Assembly (NCBI GenBank): GCA_045599485.1
Contig: JAZRWA010000062.1
Coordinates: 10,072-42,071, forward strand
Length of the DNA stretch: 32,000 bases
Origin: Clostridia bacterium
GTDB lineage: Bacteria; Bacillota; Clostridia; Christensenellales; Aristaeellaceae
Reading direction: 5' to 3'
Shown: piece after piece, positions 17,428 through 27,396 of the stretch
Layout of the letters: each line of letters begins with the position of its first letter
How positions within the stretch are numbered: position 1 is the first letter of the stretch
Notes under the pieces: generated by a model
The model's database searches: none
What the model was told of the DNA's origin: nothing
What the model saw: the letters and a program-made list of their open reading frames with translations, nothing else
Made by a program: the position numbers and the translations under genes

Positions 17428-18501
17428 ATGTCCAATAAAAAGTGTTTCAAGGATAATATCGTTGTCAAGGGCATTAACCCCGAAAACGATACCCGCGATA
17501 CCGTTATCGGTGGCCCCAATCCTGAAAAATTCGATACCACAGAAAAAGTCTTTGATAAAGGCCGCCCGCATGTGAATAAGCGCTCCGAGCTGCCGGAGGA
17601 TCAGCTGTTTGCCCGCGCCGAGTATCATTTTCAGGATGCGGAGCGCACCGGCTACAGCCAGTATTCCTACTGGAAGAGCGTTTGGCAGAACTTTTTGAAA
17701 AAGAAGAGTGCTGTCGTCATGCTGATCGTGTTCCTGCTGCTGTTTGTGTTCACCTTCGTGGCACCGCTCATCAGCAGATACGATGTCAGCGCCCTGCGCT
17801 ATGACACCAAGAACGCGTTTATCGCCCCCAACTCCGAATATTGGTTCGGTACGGACTCTTTGGGCGCCGACTACTGGTGCCAGGTGTGGTACGCTACCCG
17901 TCTGTCCATCCTGCTGGCCATCAGCGTTGCCGGCGGTCAGATTCTGCTGGGTACGGTGATGGGCCTGCTGTGGGGCTATGTGCGTAAGCTGGACCGTCCC
18001 ATGACCGAGCTGTACAACCTGATCGATAACATTCCCACCATCATTTACATGACGCTGATCGCCCTGATGATCGGTAAATCCTACCTGGTCATCGGCGGCG
18101 CTCTCATCGCCTTCGGCTGGCTGGGCACCGCCCGTAACGTGCGCAACCTGGTGTTCATGTATCGTGACCGTGAATATAACCTGGCTTCCCGGTGCCTGGG
18201 CACTTCGCTGCCCCGTACGCTGTGGAAGAACATCTTCCCGTATCTCATCAGCGTGGTCGTGCTGCGCCTGGCTCTGGCCATCCCCGGCACCATCGCCTAT
18301 GAGACCACCCTGGCTTACCTGGGCCTCATCAGCGTGGAAACGCCTTCTCTGGGCATTCTGCTCAGAAACGCGCGCTCTCTGTTCATGAGCTATCCCTACA
18401 TTCTGATCTACCCGGCAGCCATCGTATCCGTTATCACCATTACTTTCTACCTCGTGGGCAACGCCTTCTCTGACGCGTGCGACCCCAGGAATCACAGATA
18501 A
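17428..18501 (+). CDS. ABC peptide transporter permease (OppC/DppC type)
   Basis: SYWKSVWQNFLKKKSAVVMLIVFLL (OppC N-terminal region) and later ...GTDSLGADYW....YATRLSI. The start lies 1 nt after the previous stop. TAA stop. Confidence 0.85.
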   Translation: MSNKKCFKDNIVVKGINPENDTRDTVIGGPNPEKFDTTEKVFDKGRPHVNKRSELPEDQLFARAEYHFQDAERTGYSQYSYWKSVWQNFLKKKSAVVMLIVFLLLFVFTFVAPLISRYDVSALRYDTKNAFIAPNSEYWFGTDSLGADYWCQVWYATRLSILLAISVAGGQILLGTVMGLLWGYVRKLDRPMTELYNLIDNIPTIIYMTLIALMIGKSYLVIGGALIAFGWLGTARNVRNLVFMYRDREYNLASRCLGTSLPRTLWKNIFPYLISVVVLRLALAIPGTIAYETTLAYLGLISVETPSLGILLRNARSLFMSYPYILIYPAAIVSVITITFYLVGNAFSDACDPRNHR

Positions 18502-18513
18502 AGGAGGCAGCTT

Positions 18514-20607
18514 ATGAGCGAAAGAATCATTTCAAGCAAACAAGCCGGTTCAAACGCGAAGACTGCGTCCCGCTTTGAAGAGCTGAGCCGTCAGATGCTG
18601 TCCAGCGAGCCGCTGCTTTCCGCCAAGGACGTGGAGGTTGAATTCACCCTGCGCGGCCAGAAACTGAAGGCCATCCGCGGTTGTTCTCTGGATCTTTATG
18701 AAGGCGAGACGCTGGCCATCGTAGGTGAATCCGGTTCCGGTAAGAGCGTATTTACCAAGTTGTTCGTGGGCATGCTGGATAAAAACGGCCGCATCGCCAA
18801 CGGCTCCATCATGTATGACGGCATCGACCTGACCAAGCTGACCACTGAAAAGGAATGGCAGGGCATCCGCGGCAAGCGCATCGCCATGGTGACGCAGGAC
18901 CCCATGACCAGCCTGAACCCCCTCAAAACGGTCGGCAAGCAGATTCAGGAGGCTGTGGAGCTCAATCAGGGTCTGCATGGCAAGGCCGCCAAGGAAGAGA
19001 CCATTCGTCTGCTGGGCGAAGTGGGCATTCCTTTCCCCGAGAAGCGTTATAAGCAGTATCCGCATGAGTTCTCCGGCGGCATGCGCCAGAGAGCCGTCAT
19101 CGCCATCGCCGTGGCCTGCAAGCCGCAGATCCTGATCTGCGACGAGCCCACCACCGCTTTGGATGTGACCATTCAGGCGCAGATCCTGGACTTGATCCGC
19201 AAGCTGCAGGCCGACAACCATATGACCATCATCTACATCACCCATGACCTGGGTGTGGTGGCCAATGTGGCGGACCGTGTGGCGGTCATGTACGCCGGTC
19301 AGATCATCGAGACCGGTTTGGCCAACGAAGTTTTCTTCGATCCCCGCCATCCCTACACCTGGGCGCTGCTCAGCGCGCTGCCCCAGCTGGGCATCAAGGG
19401 TGAGAAGCTGCCTGCCATCGATGGTACCCCTCCGAACCTGTTCAACAAGATTCAGGGCGATTCCTTTGCACCCCGCAACCATAACGCCCTGAACATCGAC
19501 TTCCTGGAAGAGCCGCCGAACTATGACGTGACCCCCACCCATCAGGCCAAGACCTGGCTGATGGACCCGCGCGCGCCGCAGATCGACCAGCCTGACACCA
19601 TCAAGCGTCTGGCGGAACAGCAGAACGGCAACTTCAGCAAGGTCAAGGAGCTGAAGCATCCGCATGAGGATCCCAACCGCGAGCCCCTGATCGAGGTGAA
19701 AAACCTGCAGGTCAGCTTCGGCAGCGGCAAAAGGAAGTTTGTGGCCGTCGATGATGTCAACTTTACCATCTACCGCGGTGAAACCTTCTCTCTGGTGGGT
19801 GAATCCGGTTCCGGTAAAACCACCATCGGCCGCGCCATTGTGCGTATCAACCCCGTGACGGGCGGTGAAGTGTTCTTCAAGGGCGAGCGCATCAGCGGCA
19901 AGATCAGCAAGGAGCTGGACAAGAAGGTCATCCGCAGCTGCCAGATGATCTTCCAGGATCCCATGGCTTCGCTGAACGAGCGCGCCAAGGTGGACTACAT
20001 CGTTTCCGAAGGTATCATCAACCATCACATGTACAAGGATGAGGCCGAGCGTGCCGCCAAAGTGAGCCGCGCGCTGGATGAAGTGGGTCTGCTGCCGGAA
20101 TTCTCCAGCCGTTTCCCGCATGAGTTCAGCGGCGGTCAGCGTCAGCGCATCGGTATCGCCCGCAGCCTGATCATGGAGCCCGAATTCATCGTGGCGGACG
20201 AACCCATCTCCGCTCTCGACGTGTCCATCCGCGCGCAGGTGCTGAACCTGCTCAACGAGCTGAAAAAGAAGCGCTCCCTGACCTATCTGTTCATCGCTCA
20301 CGATCTGAGCGTGGTGCGCTTCATTTCCGACCGTATCGCCGTTATCCATAAGGGACGTATCGTGGAGCTGGCAGAAGCGGAAGAACTTTTCCGTCATCCG
20401 CTGCATCCCTATACGCAGGCGCTGCTTTCCGCCGTGCCCAACCCCAACCCCTACCTCGAGCGCAACAAGAAGCTGCTGGTGTACGATCCCACGCAGCATG
20501 ACTACAGCGTGGATAAGCCCATCTGGTGCGAGATCCTGCCCGGTCACTTTGTTTACGGCAACGAGAAGGAGCTGGACGGCTACCGCGCGAACCTGGCCAA
20601 GGAATAA
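18514..20607 (+). CDS. Fused double ATP-binding subunit (OppD-OppF type) of the peptide ABC importer
   Basis: Two full ABC cassettes. Walker A GESGSGKS appears at both, with signatures FSGGMRQR and FSGGQRQR, and Walker [13 protein letters not shown] and [15 protein letters not shown] stop. Confidence 0.9.
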   Translation: MSERIISSKQAGSNAKTASRFEELSRQMLSSEPLLSAKDVEVEFTLRGQKLKAIRGCSLDLYEGETLAIVGESGSGKSVFTKLFVGMLDKNGRIANGSIMYDGIDLTKLTTEKEWQGIRGKRIAMVTQDPMTSLNPLKTVGKQIQEAVELNQGLHGKAAKEETIRLLGEVGIPFPEKRYKQYPHEFSGGMRQRAVIAIAVACKPQILICDEPTTALDVTIQAQILDLIRKLQADNHMTIIYITHDLGVVANVADRVAVMYAGQIIETGLANEVFFDPRHPYTWALLSALPQLGIKGEKLPAIDGTPPNLFNKIQGDSFAPRNHNALNIDFLEEPPNYDVTPTHQAKTWLMDPRAPQIDQPDTIKRLAEQQNGNFSKVKELKHPHEDPNREPLIEVKNLQVSFGSGKRKFVAVDDVNFTIYRGETFSLVGESGSGKTTIGRAIVRINPVTGGEVFFKGERISGKISKELDKKVIRSCQMIFQDPMASLNERAKVDYIVSEGIINHHMYKDEAERAAKVSRALDEVGLLPEFSSRFPHEFSGGQRQRIGIARSLIMEPEFIVADEPISALDVSIRAQVLNLLNELKKKRSLTYLFIAHDLSVVRFISDRIAVIHKGRIVELAEAEELFRHPLHPYTQALLSAVPNPNPYLERNKKLLVYDPTQHDYSVDKPIWCEILPGHFVYGNEKELDGYRANLAKE

Positions 20608-20622
20608 TCGAATATCCATTAT

Positions 20623-20667
20623 CAGGGGGAACACTGCTTTCCGGGCAGGTTCCCCCTGAATCTTTTC
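20623..20667 (+). terminator. Intrinsic terminator after the ABC operon
   Basis: 10-bp stem CAGGGGGAAC / GTTCCCCCTG followed by AATCTTTTC. Confidence 0.55.
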
Positions 20668-20737
20668 TATAAAGGCAGCGTACAAGGCGAATCGGGACAA
20701 TGCACTTTCACGGATGACTGCTGTGAACAGGAATTTT

Positions 20738-20781
20738 GGGAAAAACAAAACCATGCACGGTGTCTGTCAAAACGTGCATGG
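20738..20781 (-). terminator. Intrinsic terminator (minus strand) after the FliB-like gene
   Basis: 9-bp stem CCATGCACG / CGTGCATGG, followed on the minus strand by TTTTGTTTTTCCC. Confidence 0.55.
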
Positions 20782-20828
20782 TGTCAGGAGAATTATGGTG
20801 CAGCTTTTTCAACTTGAAGATGTTATTG

Positions 20829-21842
20829 TCAAATTTCGCGCAGCAGTGGAATCACGTCTGTGAATCGGGCGGCTTCCGCTTCAATGACGGAATCGAAATT
20901 GGAGTGCTCGGCGCGGCGGAACACGGCGGCGTGAACATCCACCAGACGCTCAAAAGTGTCGCCGAGAAGAATGCCGTAAAAGCGCAGAAGCGCGTACAGA
21001 ACGCCGAGGGCGAGTCCGGCGGCTTGCTGCTGTGTAGCTTTTTCGGGGAACCCGTTCCGCATCACATGGTTGACAAGCGCTTGCTCCAGCCAAACATCGG
21101 ACATCGGATAGCGCTGCTCGTATTGACGGCGGCAATCACGCAATACCGTGTCCGCGTCATCGCCCAGTAAGCGTTGTGCCTCTTCCCAAAGCGGCTGCAG
21201 AGCGGCACTGTCCCGGGACAAAAAACCGATGAGCGGCAGCAGAGAAAGTTCGGAGTGCTCTTTGACCTGCATCCCCGGCAGACGGCGAATGCGCTCTTTC
21301 AGGGGTAGGGAGCGGTCCTGCAGCAGGGCGATGATGCCGTCCCGCGCGGCGACAGGGGCGGGGGACGGGATACCGGTCTGTTCCATTGGAACATCCATCA
21401 TCATGGAGACCCAGCGGAGGGGCGATTCGGTGTGATACAATTGCTCCAGTACCGCTTCACAGCTGCCCGCACAGACGCATTCGGCCCCGTGCAGCGTTTT
21501 GATGGAACGCGGAAAGAGACGGCAGACAAGGGGCAGGGCGGCCTCGCCTTTTTCACACTGCAGAGCGCAAAGGCCGTCCGGACGCTGCAGAGGACAGATG
21601 CCCAGCCAGTTGGGGGACAGCTCGGCATAATTTTCGGGAAAGGGATGGCTTCGGACATGGAGAGCGATGTCCAGCCTGCGCCGGAGCGATGGGGAGCAAT
21701 CCATGCCAAGTAAATGAAAATACTCATCCTCTGTCAGGGCGATGGGCCATTCATGACAGCAGGAATGACGGCAGGCACCGCACTTGCACTGAAAGCGCGG
21801 CAGATAATCGGGAACACGCACAGGGATCTTCATGCATTTCAT
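20829..21842 (-). CDS. Cysteine-cluster protein of the FliB / YkgJ-like family (annotated elsewhere as flagellin lysine-N-methylase)
   Basis: The N-terminus PDYLPRFQCKCGACRHSCCHEWPIALTEDEY fits the CxxCxxxCC...W.I pattern of that family. The ATG at 21833 (MKIPV) has better Shine-Dalgarno spacing than 21842. TGA stop. Confidence 0.55.
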   Translation of the reverse strand: MKCMKIPVRVPDYLPRFQCKCGACRHSCCHEWPIALTEDEYFHLLGMDCSPSLRRRLDIALHVRSHPFPENYAELSPNWLGICPLQRPDGLCALQCEKGEAALPLVCRLFPRSIKTLHGAECVCAGSCEAVLEQLYHTESPLRWVSMMMDVPMEQTGIPSPAPVAARDGIIALLQDRSLPLKERIRRLPGMQVKEHSELSLLPLIGFLSRDSAALQPLWEEAQRLLGDDADTVLRDCRRQYEQRYPMSDVWLEQALVNHVMRNGFPEKATQQQAAGLALGVLYALLRFYGILLGDTFERLVDVHAAVFRRAEHSNFDSVIEAEAARFTDVIPLLREI

Positions 21843-21937
21843 CTCCGAGGCGTATTATATAGCTTTCAAAGCGTGATCGGCTGAATTTTTATTGTATTTG
21901 TTTGGTACAGCGAATCGGGGAGAGGGTCGCGCTCAAG

Positions 21938-21966
21938 TTGACACGGGTCGGTGAATAGCGTATACT
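21938..21966 (+). promoter_or_regulatory. Sigma-70-type promoter for the VanY-type gene
   Basis: TTGACA (21938-21943), a 17-nt spacer, then TATACT (21961-21966). Confidence 0.55.
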
Positions 21967-21997
21967 GAAAATGCCATGAATGGCTGAAGGAGCGTAT

Positions 21998-23302
21998 ATG
22001 AAACGAAAGGGCGGCATTTCCCCGGTGGGATTGATGGTCATTATCATTCTGATCGTACTGATCATTGTCTTTTTTGCGGCGGCATGGGAAAACCATGCCC
22101 GCTATCAAAAGGAAGCGGCGGTGACACCGACGCCTTCCATCACGCCGCGTACTGTTCGCATTACGGAAGACCCGGCGTATCCGACCTCCACCCCCACGCC
22201 GTGCGTGCTGCAGGTGAATTCGGTTGGCATTGAGGTAAAACAATTGCAGGAGCGGCTGAAGGAGCTGGAGTATTATACCGGCACGGTGGACGGTCAGTAC
22301 GGAAACGGCACCAAAGCCGCCGTCAAGGCTTTTCAGGAGCAGCACAGGCTGACAGCTGACGGCATCGCCGGCGATAAGACGATCGCTCTGCTGTATTCGG
22401 CTTCCGCGCAGGTGTTTGTGCCTACGCCCACTCCTTCGCCTACGCCCGCGCTTTTGTCCAACGGCAGCAATGGCGAGGAAGTCAAAATGCTGCAGGAGCG
22501 CCTGAAGGTGCTGGGGTATTATTCCGGCACGGTGGACGGTGCCTTTGGCAGCGGTACCAAGGCGGCGGTGAAGCTTTTCCAGCAGCAAAACGGCCTTGAG
22601 GCGGACGGCGTGGCGGGCCAGAAAACGCTGGCGCTGTTGTATTCCGACGCCGCCAAACATGTAACGATCACCCCCACCCCGGAACTGATCCAGGTGCTGA
22701 ACGGTTCTGTGCCGATGCTGGTCAACAAGCAGCATACGGTGGCCAAGGATTTTGTACCGGCAGACCTGGTGGATATGAGCGCTTATTGCCCGTCTTCGCT
22801 GGTCAAGATCAAATACAGCGGCACCAAGGGTCAGCGGGATGCCGTGAATGCCCTGGTGTTTATGCTGCAGGCGGCAGCGGCGGACGGCATCACCAACTGG
22901 CAGGTGAGCGCGGCGTACCGCAGCTATGCCGATCAGCAAAGCATGATGGATTCCAAAATTCGCTCCTATATGGAGAACAACAACATGTCCCGCTCGCAGG
23001 CGGCCAGCGCTGCCAGCCGTACGGTGGCGCAGCCGGGCGCCAGTGAGCACCACACCGGTCTGGCTTTTGACATGACGGTGCCCAATACCAGCACCTTCCT
23101 TGGCACCAAGCAGTGCACCTGGCTGCATCAGCACTGCTGGGAATACGGCTTCATCATCCGCTATACCGAATAGAAAAAGGATATTACGGGTTTTGAGGCG
23201 GAGGCGTGGCACATCCGCTATGTGGGCAAGGAACACAGTGAGAATATCCGCAGGCTGAACATGTGCCTGGAGGAATATGTGGACTTCCTGAACAAAAAAT
23301 AA
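21998..23302 (+). CDS. Membrane-anchored D-Ala-D-Ala carboxypeptidase (VanY / peptidase M15B) with two PG_binding_1 repeats; 434 codons with an in-frame TAG at 23171-23173 (codon 392)
   Basis: TM anchor ISPVGLMVIIILIVLIIVFF. The repeat G..V..LQERLK.LGYY.G.VDG.FG.GTK.AV..FQ occurs twice. M15B motifs AAYRSYADQ and SEHHTGLAFD are present, followed by GFIIRYTE-TAG-KKDITGFEAEAWHIRYVG (the ExxH motif lies after the TAG, in the same frame). RBS GAAGGAG. TAA stop at 23300-23302. Confidence 0.82.
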
Positions 23303-23321
23303 GAAAAGGGGCGTTGGATTT

Positions 23322-24089
23322 ATGGCACTGTTCAGAGGGACGGTTCGTTCCAAAGCGTTGGGCATGGATACCGTCGCCAATGTGGTGATACCCTACGACA
23401 TCATGGCCCGGGATATGAACCCGCCGGAGAATGACAAGGTGCTTTATCTGCTGCATGGACGGCATCAGAATGCCGATTCATGGTGCCGCATGAGCGGTGT
23501 GGAACGCTATGCCCGCAAGAACGGCTTTACGGTGGTCATGCCGGAGGTGCAGCTTTCCTATTATTCGGATATGGCGTATGGCCCCAGGTATTTTGAGTAT
23601 GTCAGCAAAGAGTTGCCGGAGATGATGAACAGCATGTTCCGTCTGCCCGAAGGCAGGGAGCATACCTTTGTGGGCGGTCTTTCGATGGGCGGCTTCGGCG
23701 CGGCCAAGATTGCCCTGAACCATCCCGGGGCGTATGCCGGCGTGATGTGCTTCTCCTCCGGTGTCTATATCCTGGATACCATGCAGCAGTGCGTGGAGAA
23801 GGGCTTTTTTACCGTAGCAGAAGGGACGGCGATTTTGGGAGAAGGCTTTCCCTGCAAAGAAACCGCAAACGACCTGGATGATCTGATGGTACGCTGGCCC
23901 GCCGATGTGAAAAAGCCCCGCTTCTATGTGACCTGCGGTACGGAGGACGGCCTGCTGCCGCTGACCCGCCGCCTGCATTCGGCGTTGCAGAAGAACGGCT
24001 TTGACAGCACGGAAGAGGAATGGTCCGGCAATCACGACTGGGATTTCTGGGATGCCTCGCTGCGCAAGGGTATGGCATTTATGAAATAA
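23322..24089 (+). CDS. Alpha/beta-hydrolase esterase (esterase D / tributyrin-esterase-like)
   Basis: VLYLLHG...W......E......G..VVMPE and the nucleophile elbow GGLSMGGFGA. TAA stop. Confidence 0.75.
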   Translation: MALFRGTVRSKALGMDTVANVVIPYDIMARDMNPPENDKVLYLLHGRHQNADSWCRMSGVERYARKNGFTVVMPEVQLSYYSDMAYGPRYFEYVSKELPEMMNSMFRLPEGREHTFVGGLSMGGFGAAKIALNHPGAYAGVMCFSSGVYILDTMQQCVEKGFFTVAEGTAILGEGFPCKETANDLDDLMVRWPADVKKPRFYVTCGTEDGLLPLTRRLHSALQKNGFDSTEEEWSGNHDWDFWDASLRKGMAFMK

Positions 24090-24094
24090 GTTTT

Positions 24095-24127
24095 CGCCCG
24101 AAGGTGTAAAACCCTCGGGCTTTTTTG
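24095..24127 (+). terminator. Intrinsic terminator after the esterase gene
   Basis: GCCCGAAGG / CCCTCGGGC stem (one mismatch) followed by TTTTTT. Confidence 0.6.
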
Positions 24128-24173
24128 ATGCGGTCCGATGCCGAAAAAAAGAAGAAAATATGATTGATTTTTC

Positions 24174-24202
24174 TTGCACTTTCATTGGTTTTGTGCTATA
24201 AA
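24174..24202 (+). promoter_or_regulatory. Sigma-70-type promoter (extended -10) for the MATE gene
   Basis: TTGCAC (24174-24179), a 17-nt spacer ending in TGC, then TATAAA (24197-24202). Confidence 0.5.
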
Positions 24203-24244
24203 CATTCGGAACCATTTTCCAAATCGATTTTCGGAGCTTTTTTC

Positions 24245-25606
24245 ATGGCGAGAACAAGTGTACGGGAGATGACTGACGGCTCCCCGATGAAGCTGGTACT
24301 GGGCTTCGCGGCGCCGCTGCTCTTTGGTTTTTTATTTCAGCAGCTGTATGCCATTGTGGATACAGCCATTGTGGGACGGTATCTTGGCGCCGATATGCTG
24401 GCGGCGGTGGGCGGAACCGGCTCGGTCAACTTTCTGATCAACGGCTTTACCATGGGCTGCTGCTCGGGCTTTGCCATTCCGATCGCCCAGACCTTTGGCG
24501 CAAGGGATCATACCTCCATGCGCCGTTATGTGGCCAACGCGGTCTATGTCTGTGCTGTGATTTCGATTCTGATGTCGGTCAGCACGGCGCTGCTTTGTAC
24601 GGATATCCTGCGGCTGATGAACACACCGGAGGAGATCCTGTACAATTCCGCGGCCTACATCCGCATCATTTTTGCCGGCATTCCCGCGACCATGCTGTAT
24701 AACATGGCGGCCGGTGTGCTGCGGTCGCTTGGAGACAGCAAAACGCCCGTGATGTTTTTGATCCTGGCTTCTCTGGTCAACATTGCGCTGGACCTGCTGT
24801 TTATTATCGTATTTCAGATGGGGGTGGCCGGCGCTGCCATTGCGACCATCATCAGTCAGCTGATCTCCGGCGCGGGCTGTGTGGCGGTGATGGTGCGCTC
24901 CTTCGCGATTCTGCGTATGAATGCCGAGGACCGTCAATTCCGTGCGGAGTACGGAAAAAAGCTGCTGCTGGTGGGTGCTCCGATGGGCTTGCAGTATTCC
25001 ATCACGGCCATCGGTTCGGTGGCCATTCAGTGGGCGGTAAACGGCATTGGCGTTACCGCGGTGGCCGCTGTGGCGGCAGCCGGCAAGCTGACCAACTTTT
25101 TTGCCTGTGTTTTTGACGCGCTGGCGACCACCATGGCCACCTTTGCCGGGCAGAATGTGGGAGCAAGGAAACTGGACCGTGTCGGCAAAGGCTTGTGGGC
25201 AGCCTCGATCATCGGGGTTGTATATTGCCTGCTGGCGCTGCTGGTGGTGCTGTTCTTTGGTCCCGCGCTGATTGGATTGTTTGTGGACGGCGCCGAAAAC
25301 GCGGAGGTCGTCCGCCTGGCACAGCAGTTTTTGACCTGGAACGCCTCTGCTTTTGTGCTGCTGCTGTTTGTCAACATTGTTCGACTGACGGTACAGGGCA
25401 TGGGCTTTACGCAGGCAGCGATGATTGCCGGTGTTTTCGAAATGTTTGCCCGTCTGGCGGTGGCAATGCTGCTGGTGCCGGCTTTGGGCTTTAACGGGGC
25501 CTGTATGGCCAATGTGGCGGCCTGGGTGGCGGCGGACGCTTTCCTGTTCCCATGCTATTTCCGTGTGCTGAAAAAGCTGAAGCTGCGTCAGGCAGCGGCT
25601 CTGTAA
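24245..25606 (+). CDS. MATE-family efflux transporter
   Basis: PMKLVLGFAAPLLFGFLFQQLYAIVDTAIVGRYLG is a typical MATE N-terminus, and about 12 hydrophobic segments follow. The start was chosen at MARTSVREM. TAA stop. Confidence 0.85.
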   Translation: MARTSVREMTDGSPMKLVLGFAAPLLFGFLFQQLYAIVDTAIVGRYLGADMLAAVGGTGSVNFLINGFTMGCCSGFAIPIAQTFGARDHTSMRRYVANAVYVCAVISILMSVSTALLCTDILRLMNTPEEILYNSAAYIRIIFAGIPATMLYNMAAGVLRSLGDSKTPVMFLILASLVNIALDLLFIIVFQMGVAGAAIATIISQLISGAGCVAVMVRSFAILRMNAEDRQFRAEYGKKLLLVGAPMGLQYSITAIGSVAIQWAVNGIGVTAVAAVAAAGKLTNFFACVFDALATTMATFAGQNVGARKLDRVGKGLWAASIIGVVYCLLALLVVLFFGPALIGLFVDGAENAEVVRLAQQFLTWNASAFVLLLFVNIVRLTVQGMGFTQAAMIAGVFEMFARLAVAMLLVPALGFNGACMANVAAWVAADAFLFPCYFRVLKKLKLRQAAAL

Positions 25607-25622
25607 GAAAGGAAATGACACG

Positions 25623-26357
25623 ATGCAGAAGACCTTCACCCTTGAAAAAGTACTGACTACCTCGGATTGTGACATGAACAGCGCGTGGAAGCTCAGCGCG
25701 GTGCTGCAGACCATGCAGGACTTGTCCGGCATGCACAGCGAGGTGCTGGGCTTTGGCTACCATGTGATGCGTGAGAAAGGCCTTGTCTGGGCGGTGGGCA
25801 GCTATGAAGTACAGATGGATCACTACCCGCACTATGGCGAAAAGGTGGTTGCTGTGACCTGGCCGACCGTGATGCGGCATGGCTTTTATCTGCGCTATTA
25901 CAGCTTCAGGGATGAAAACGGCGTTGAATTCGGCCGTGCCTCGGGCATGTGGATCCTGATGCGGCTGGCGGACCGCACGATGGAGCGCGGCAACCTGCTG
26001 GAGGGGAAAATGCCCGACAACAGCGACCTGAAGCCGGCGCTGGCCATGCCGGGACGCCTGCCCGCCGTGTCCGGGGAAAAGACGACTGAGGTGTTCCGTC
26101 CGCGCTACAGCGATATCGATGATAATCTGCATGTCAATAATGTGCGCTATCTGGATTGGTGCTGCGACGCGCTGGGCATTGAGTGCCTGCAAAAGCAGCA
26201 GATCAACCGTCTTGTGATCAACTACAGCCGTGAGATCCGTCCGCAGGACGAGGTGGAAGCCGCCATGACCCGTACGGATACCGCCTTCAGCTACCGCGGC
26301 AGCGTGGACGGTACGGCGCATTTTACGGTGGACGGACTGCTGGTGCCGCGCGCTTAA
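25623..26357 (+). CDS. Acyl-[acyl-carrier-protein] thioesterase
   Basis: SDCDMNSAWKLSAVLQTMQD....H......G.......GL.W and a later YSDIDDNLHVNNVRYLDW (double hot-dog FatA/B-type pattern). RBS GAAAGGAAA. TAA stop. Confidence 0.75.
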   Translation: MQKTFTLEKVLTTSDCDMNSAWKLSAVLQTMQDLSGMHSEVLGFGYHVMREKGLVWAVGSYEVQMDHYPHYGEKVVAVTWPTVMRHGFYLRYYSFRDENGVEFGRASGMWILMRLADRTMERGNLLEGKMPDNSDLKPALAMPGRLPAVSGEKTTEVFRPRYSDIDDNLHVNNVRYLDWCCDALGIECLQKQQINRLVINYSREIRPQDEVEAAMTRTDTAFSYRGSVDGTAHFTVDGLLVPRA

Positions 26358-26365
26358 GCATTAAT

Positions 26366-26404
26366 AAACGGACAGACTCCAAGATCGGAGCTGTCCGTTT
26401 TTGT
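26366..26404. terminator. Bidirectional terminator between the convergent thioesterase and ROK genes
   Basis: ACGGACAGACTCC / GGAGCTGTCCGT stem flanked by an A-run and TTTTTG. Confidence 0.6.
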
Positions 26405-27298
26405 TTATTCCACTGCCAAGGCCTGCTTTGCCAGCAGGAAGGCGCCCATGACGCCGCTGTGGATGCCCAGACCGGGGGCGGTGATGTAGTCGTCAAGCTG
26501 TTCATTCAGCGCGGGGGAGACGATGTAGCGGTTGAGGAGGGCGTTGGTTTTGCTGCGGATCATGGGCAGCAGGAAGCTTTGCTGCATGACACCGCCGCCG
26601 AGGATGATCTTTTCCGGGGAGAAGCAGCAGATGGCATTGACGCACATCTGCGCGAGGTAGGTGCTTTCGATCTCCCAGCTGAGGTGCTCCTGCGGCAGTT
26701 CTTTGGCCGGCACCCCCCAGCGCTTTTGCAGCGCGGGACCGGAAGCCAGCCCCTCCAGACAGCCTGTGTGGTAGGGGCAGAAGCCCTTGGGAGTGGGGTC
26801 ACGGGGATCGGGCTGCAGCAGCATGTGCCCCAGTTCGGGATGCACCAGCCCGTGTACCGGCTGACCGTGGATGATGAGGCCGCCGCCGATGCCGGTGCCC
26901 ACCGTGACATACAGGCAGGAGGAAAGACCTTTGGCGGCGCCGAGACGGGCCTCCGCCAGCGCTGCGGCGTTGACATCGGTATCAATGACGGTGGGAATGC
27001 CCAAAGCATCACGGAAGGTGGATAACAGCGGCACATTCTGCCAGCCCGGCTTGGGCGTGGCGGTAATGGAGCCGTAGGCGGGGGAGGAAGGCTGCAGGTC
27101 CAGCGGACCGAAGCAGCCGATCCCCAGGGAAGCGATGTTCCGTTGACGGAACCAGTCGATCATTTCCGGCAGTGTTTCTTCCGGGGAGCGGGTAGGCAGC
27201 ACGGTTCTTTCAATCAGTTCGCCGGCGTCATTGACGACGCTCAGCACCATTTTGGTGCCGCCGGCTTCCAGAGCGCCGTAAAGGGGAGAAAAAGCCAT
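26405..27298 (-). CDS. ROK-family sugar kinase (fructokinase/glucokinase-like)
   Basis: YGALEAGGTKMV is a ROK/Mak-type N-terminal ATP motif. Also present: VIDTDVNAAALAE, VTVGTGIGGGLI, and the zinc motif HPELGHM...C.YH..CLE. RBS AAGAGG lies 5 nt upstream of the ATG at 27298. TAA stop. Confidence 0.8.
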   Translation of the reverse strand: MAFSPLYGALEAGGTKMVLSVVNDAGELIERTVLPTRSPEETLPEMIDWFRQRNIASLGIGCFGPLDLQPSSPAYGSITATPKPGWQNVPLLSTFRDALGIPTVIDTDVNAAALAEARLGAAKGLSSCLYVTVGTGIGGGLIIHGQPVHGLVHPELGHMLLQPDPRDPTPKGFCPYHTGCLEGLASGPALQKRWGVPAKELPQEHLSWEIESTYLAQMCVNAICCFSPEKIILGGGVMQQSFLLPMIRSKTNALLNRYIVSPALNEQLDDYITAPGLGIHSGVMGAFLLAKQALAVE

Positions 27299-27337
27299 AA
27301 AGACCTCTTTTCCGCAGCAAACGCTGCGCTTTTTTGC

Positions 27338-27366
27338 TTGCAAGGCAATGAAAACGGTTGTATACT
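27338..27366 (+). promoter_or_regulatory. Sigma-70-type promoter for the YczE-like gene
   Basis: TTGCAA (27338-27343), a 17-nt spacer, then TATACT (27361-27366). Confidence 0.5.
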
Positions 27367-27396
27367 GTCACCCGGAAGATAAACCGGGAGGCAGGC

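Noticed and set aside
8895-23302. A vancomycin-resistance (van) cluster, suggested by the presence of a two-component system, a VanX-like gene and a VanY-like gene
   Set aside because: The three are not contiguous. They are separated by ispE, trmO and an ABC operon. No VanH dehydrogenase or VanA/B-type ligase is present. A DdpX-type peptide-recycling role fits better.
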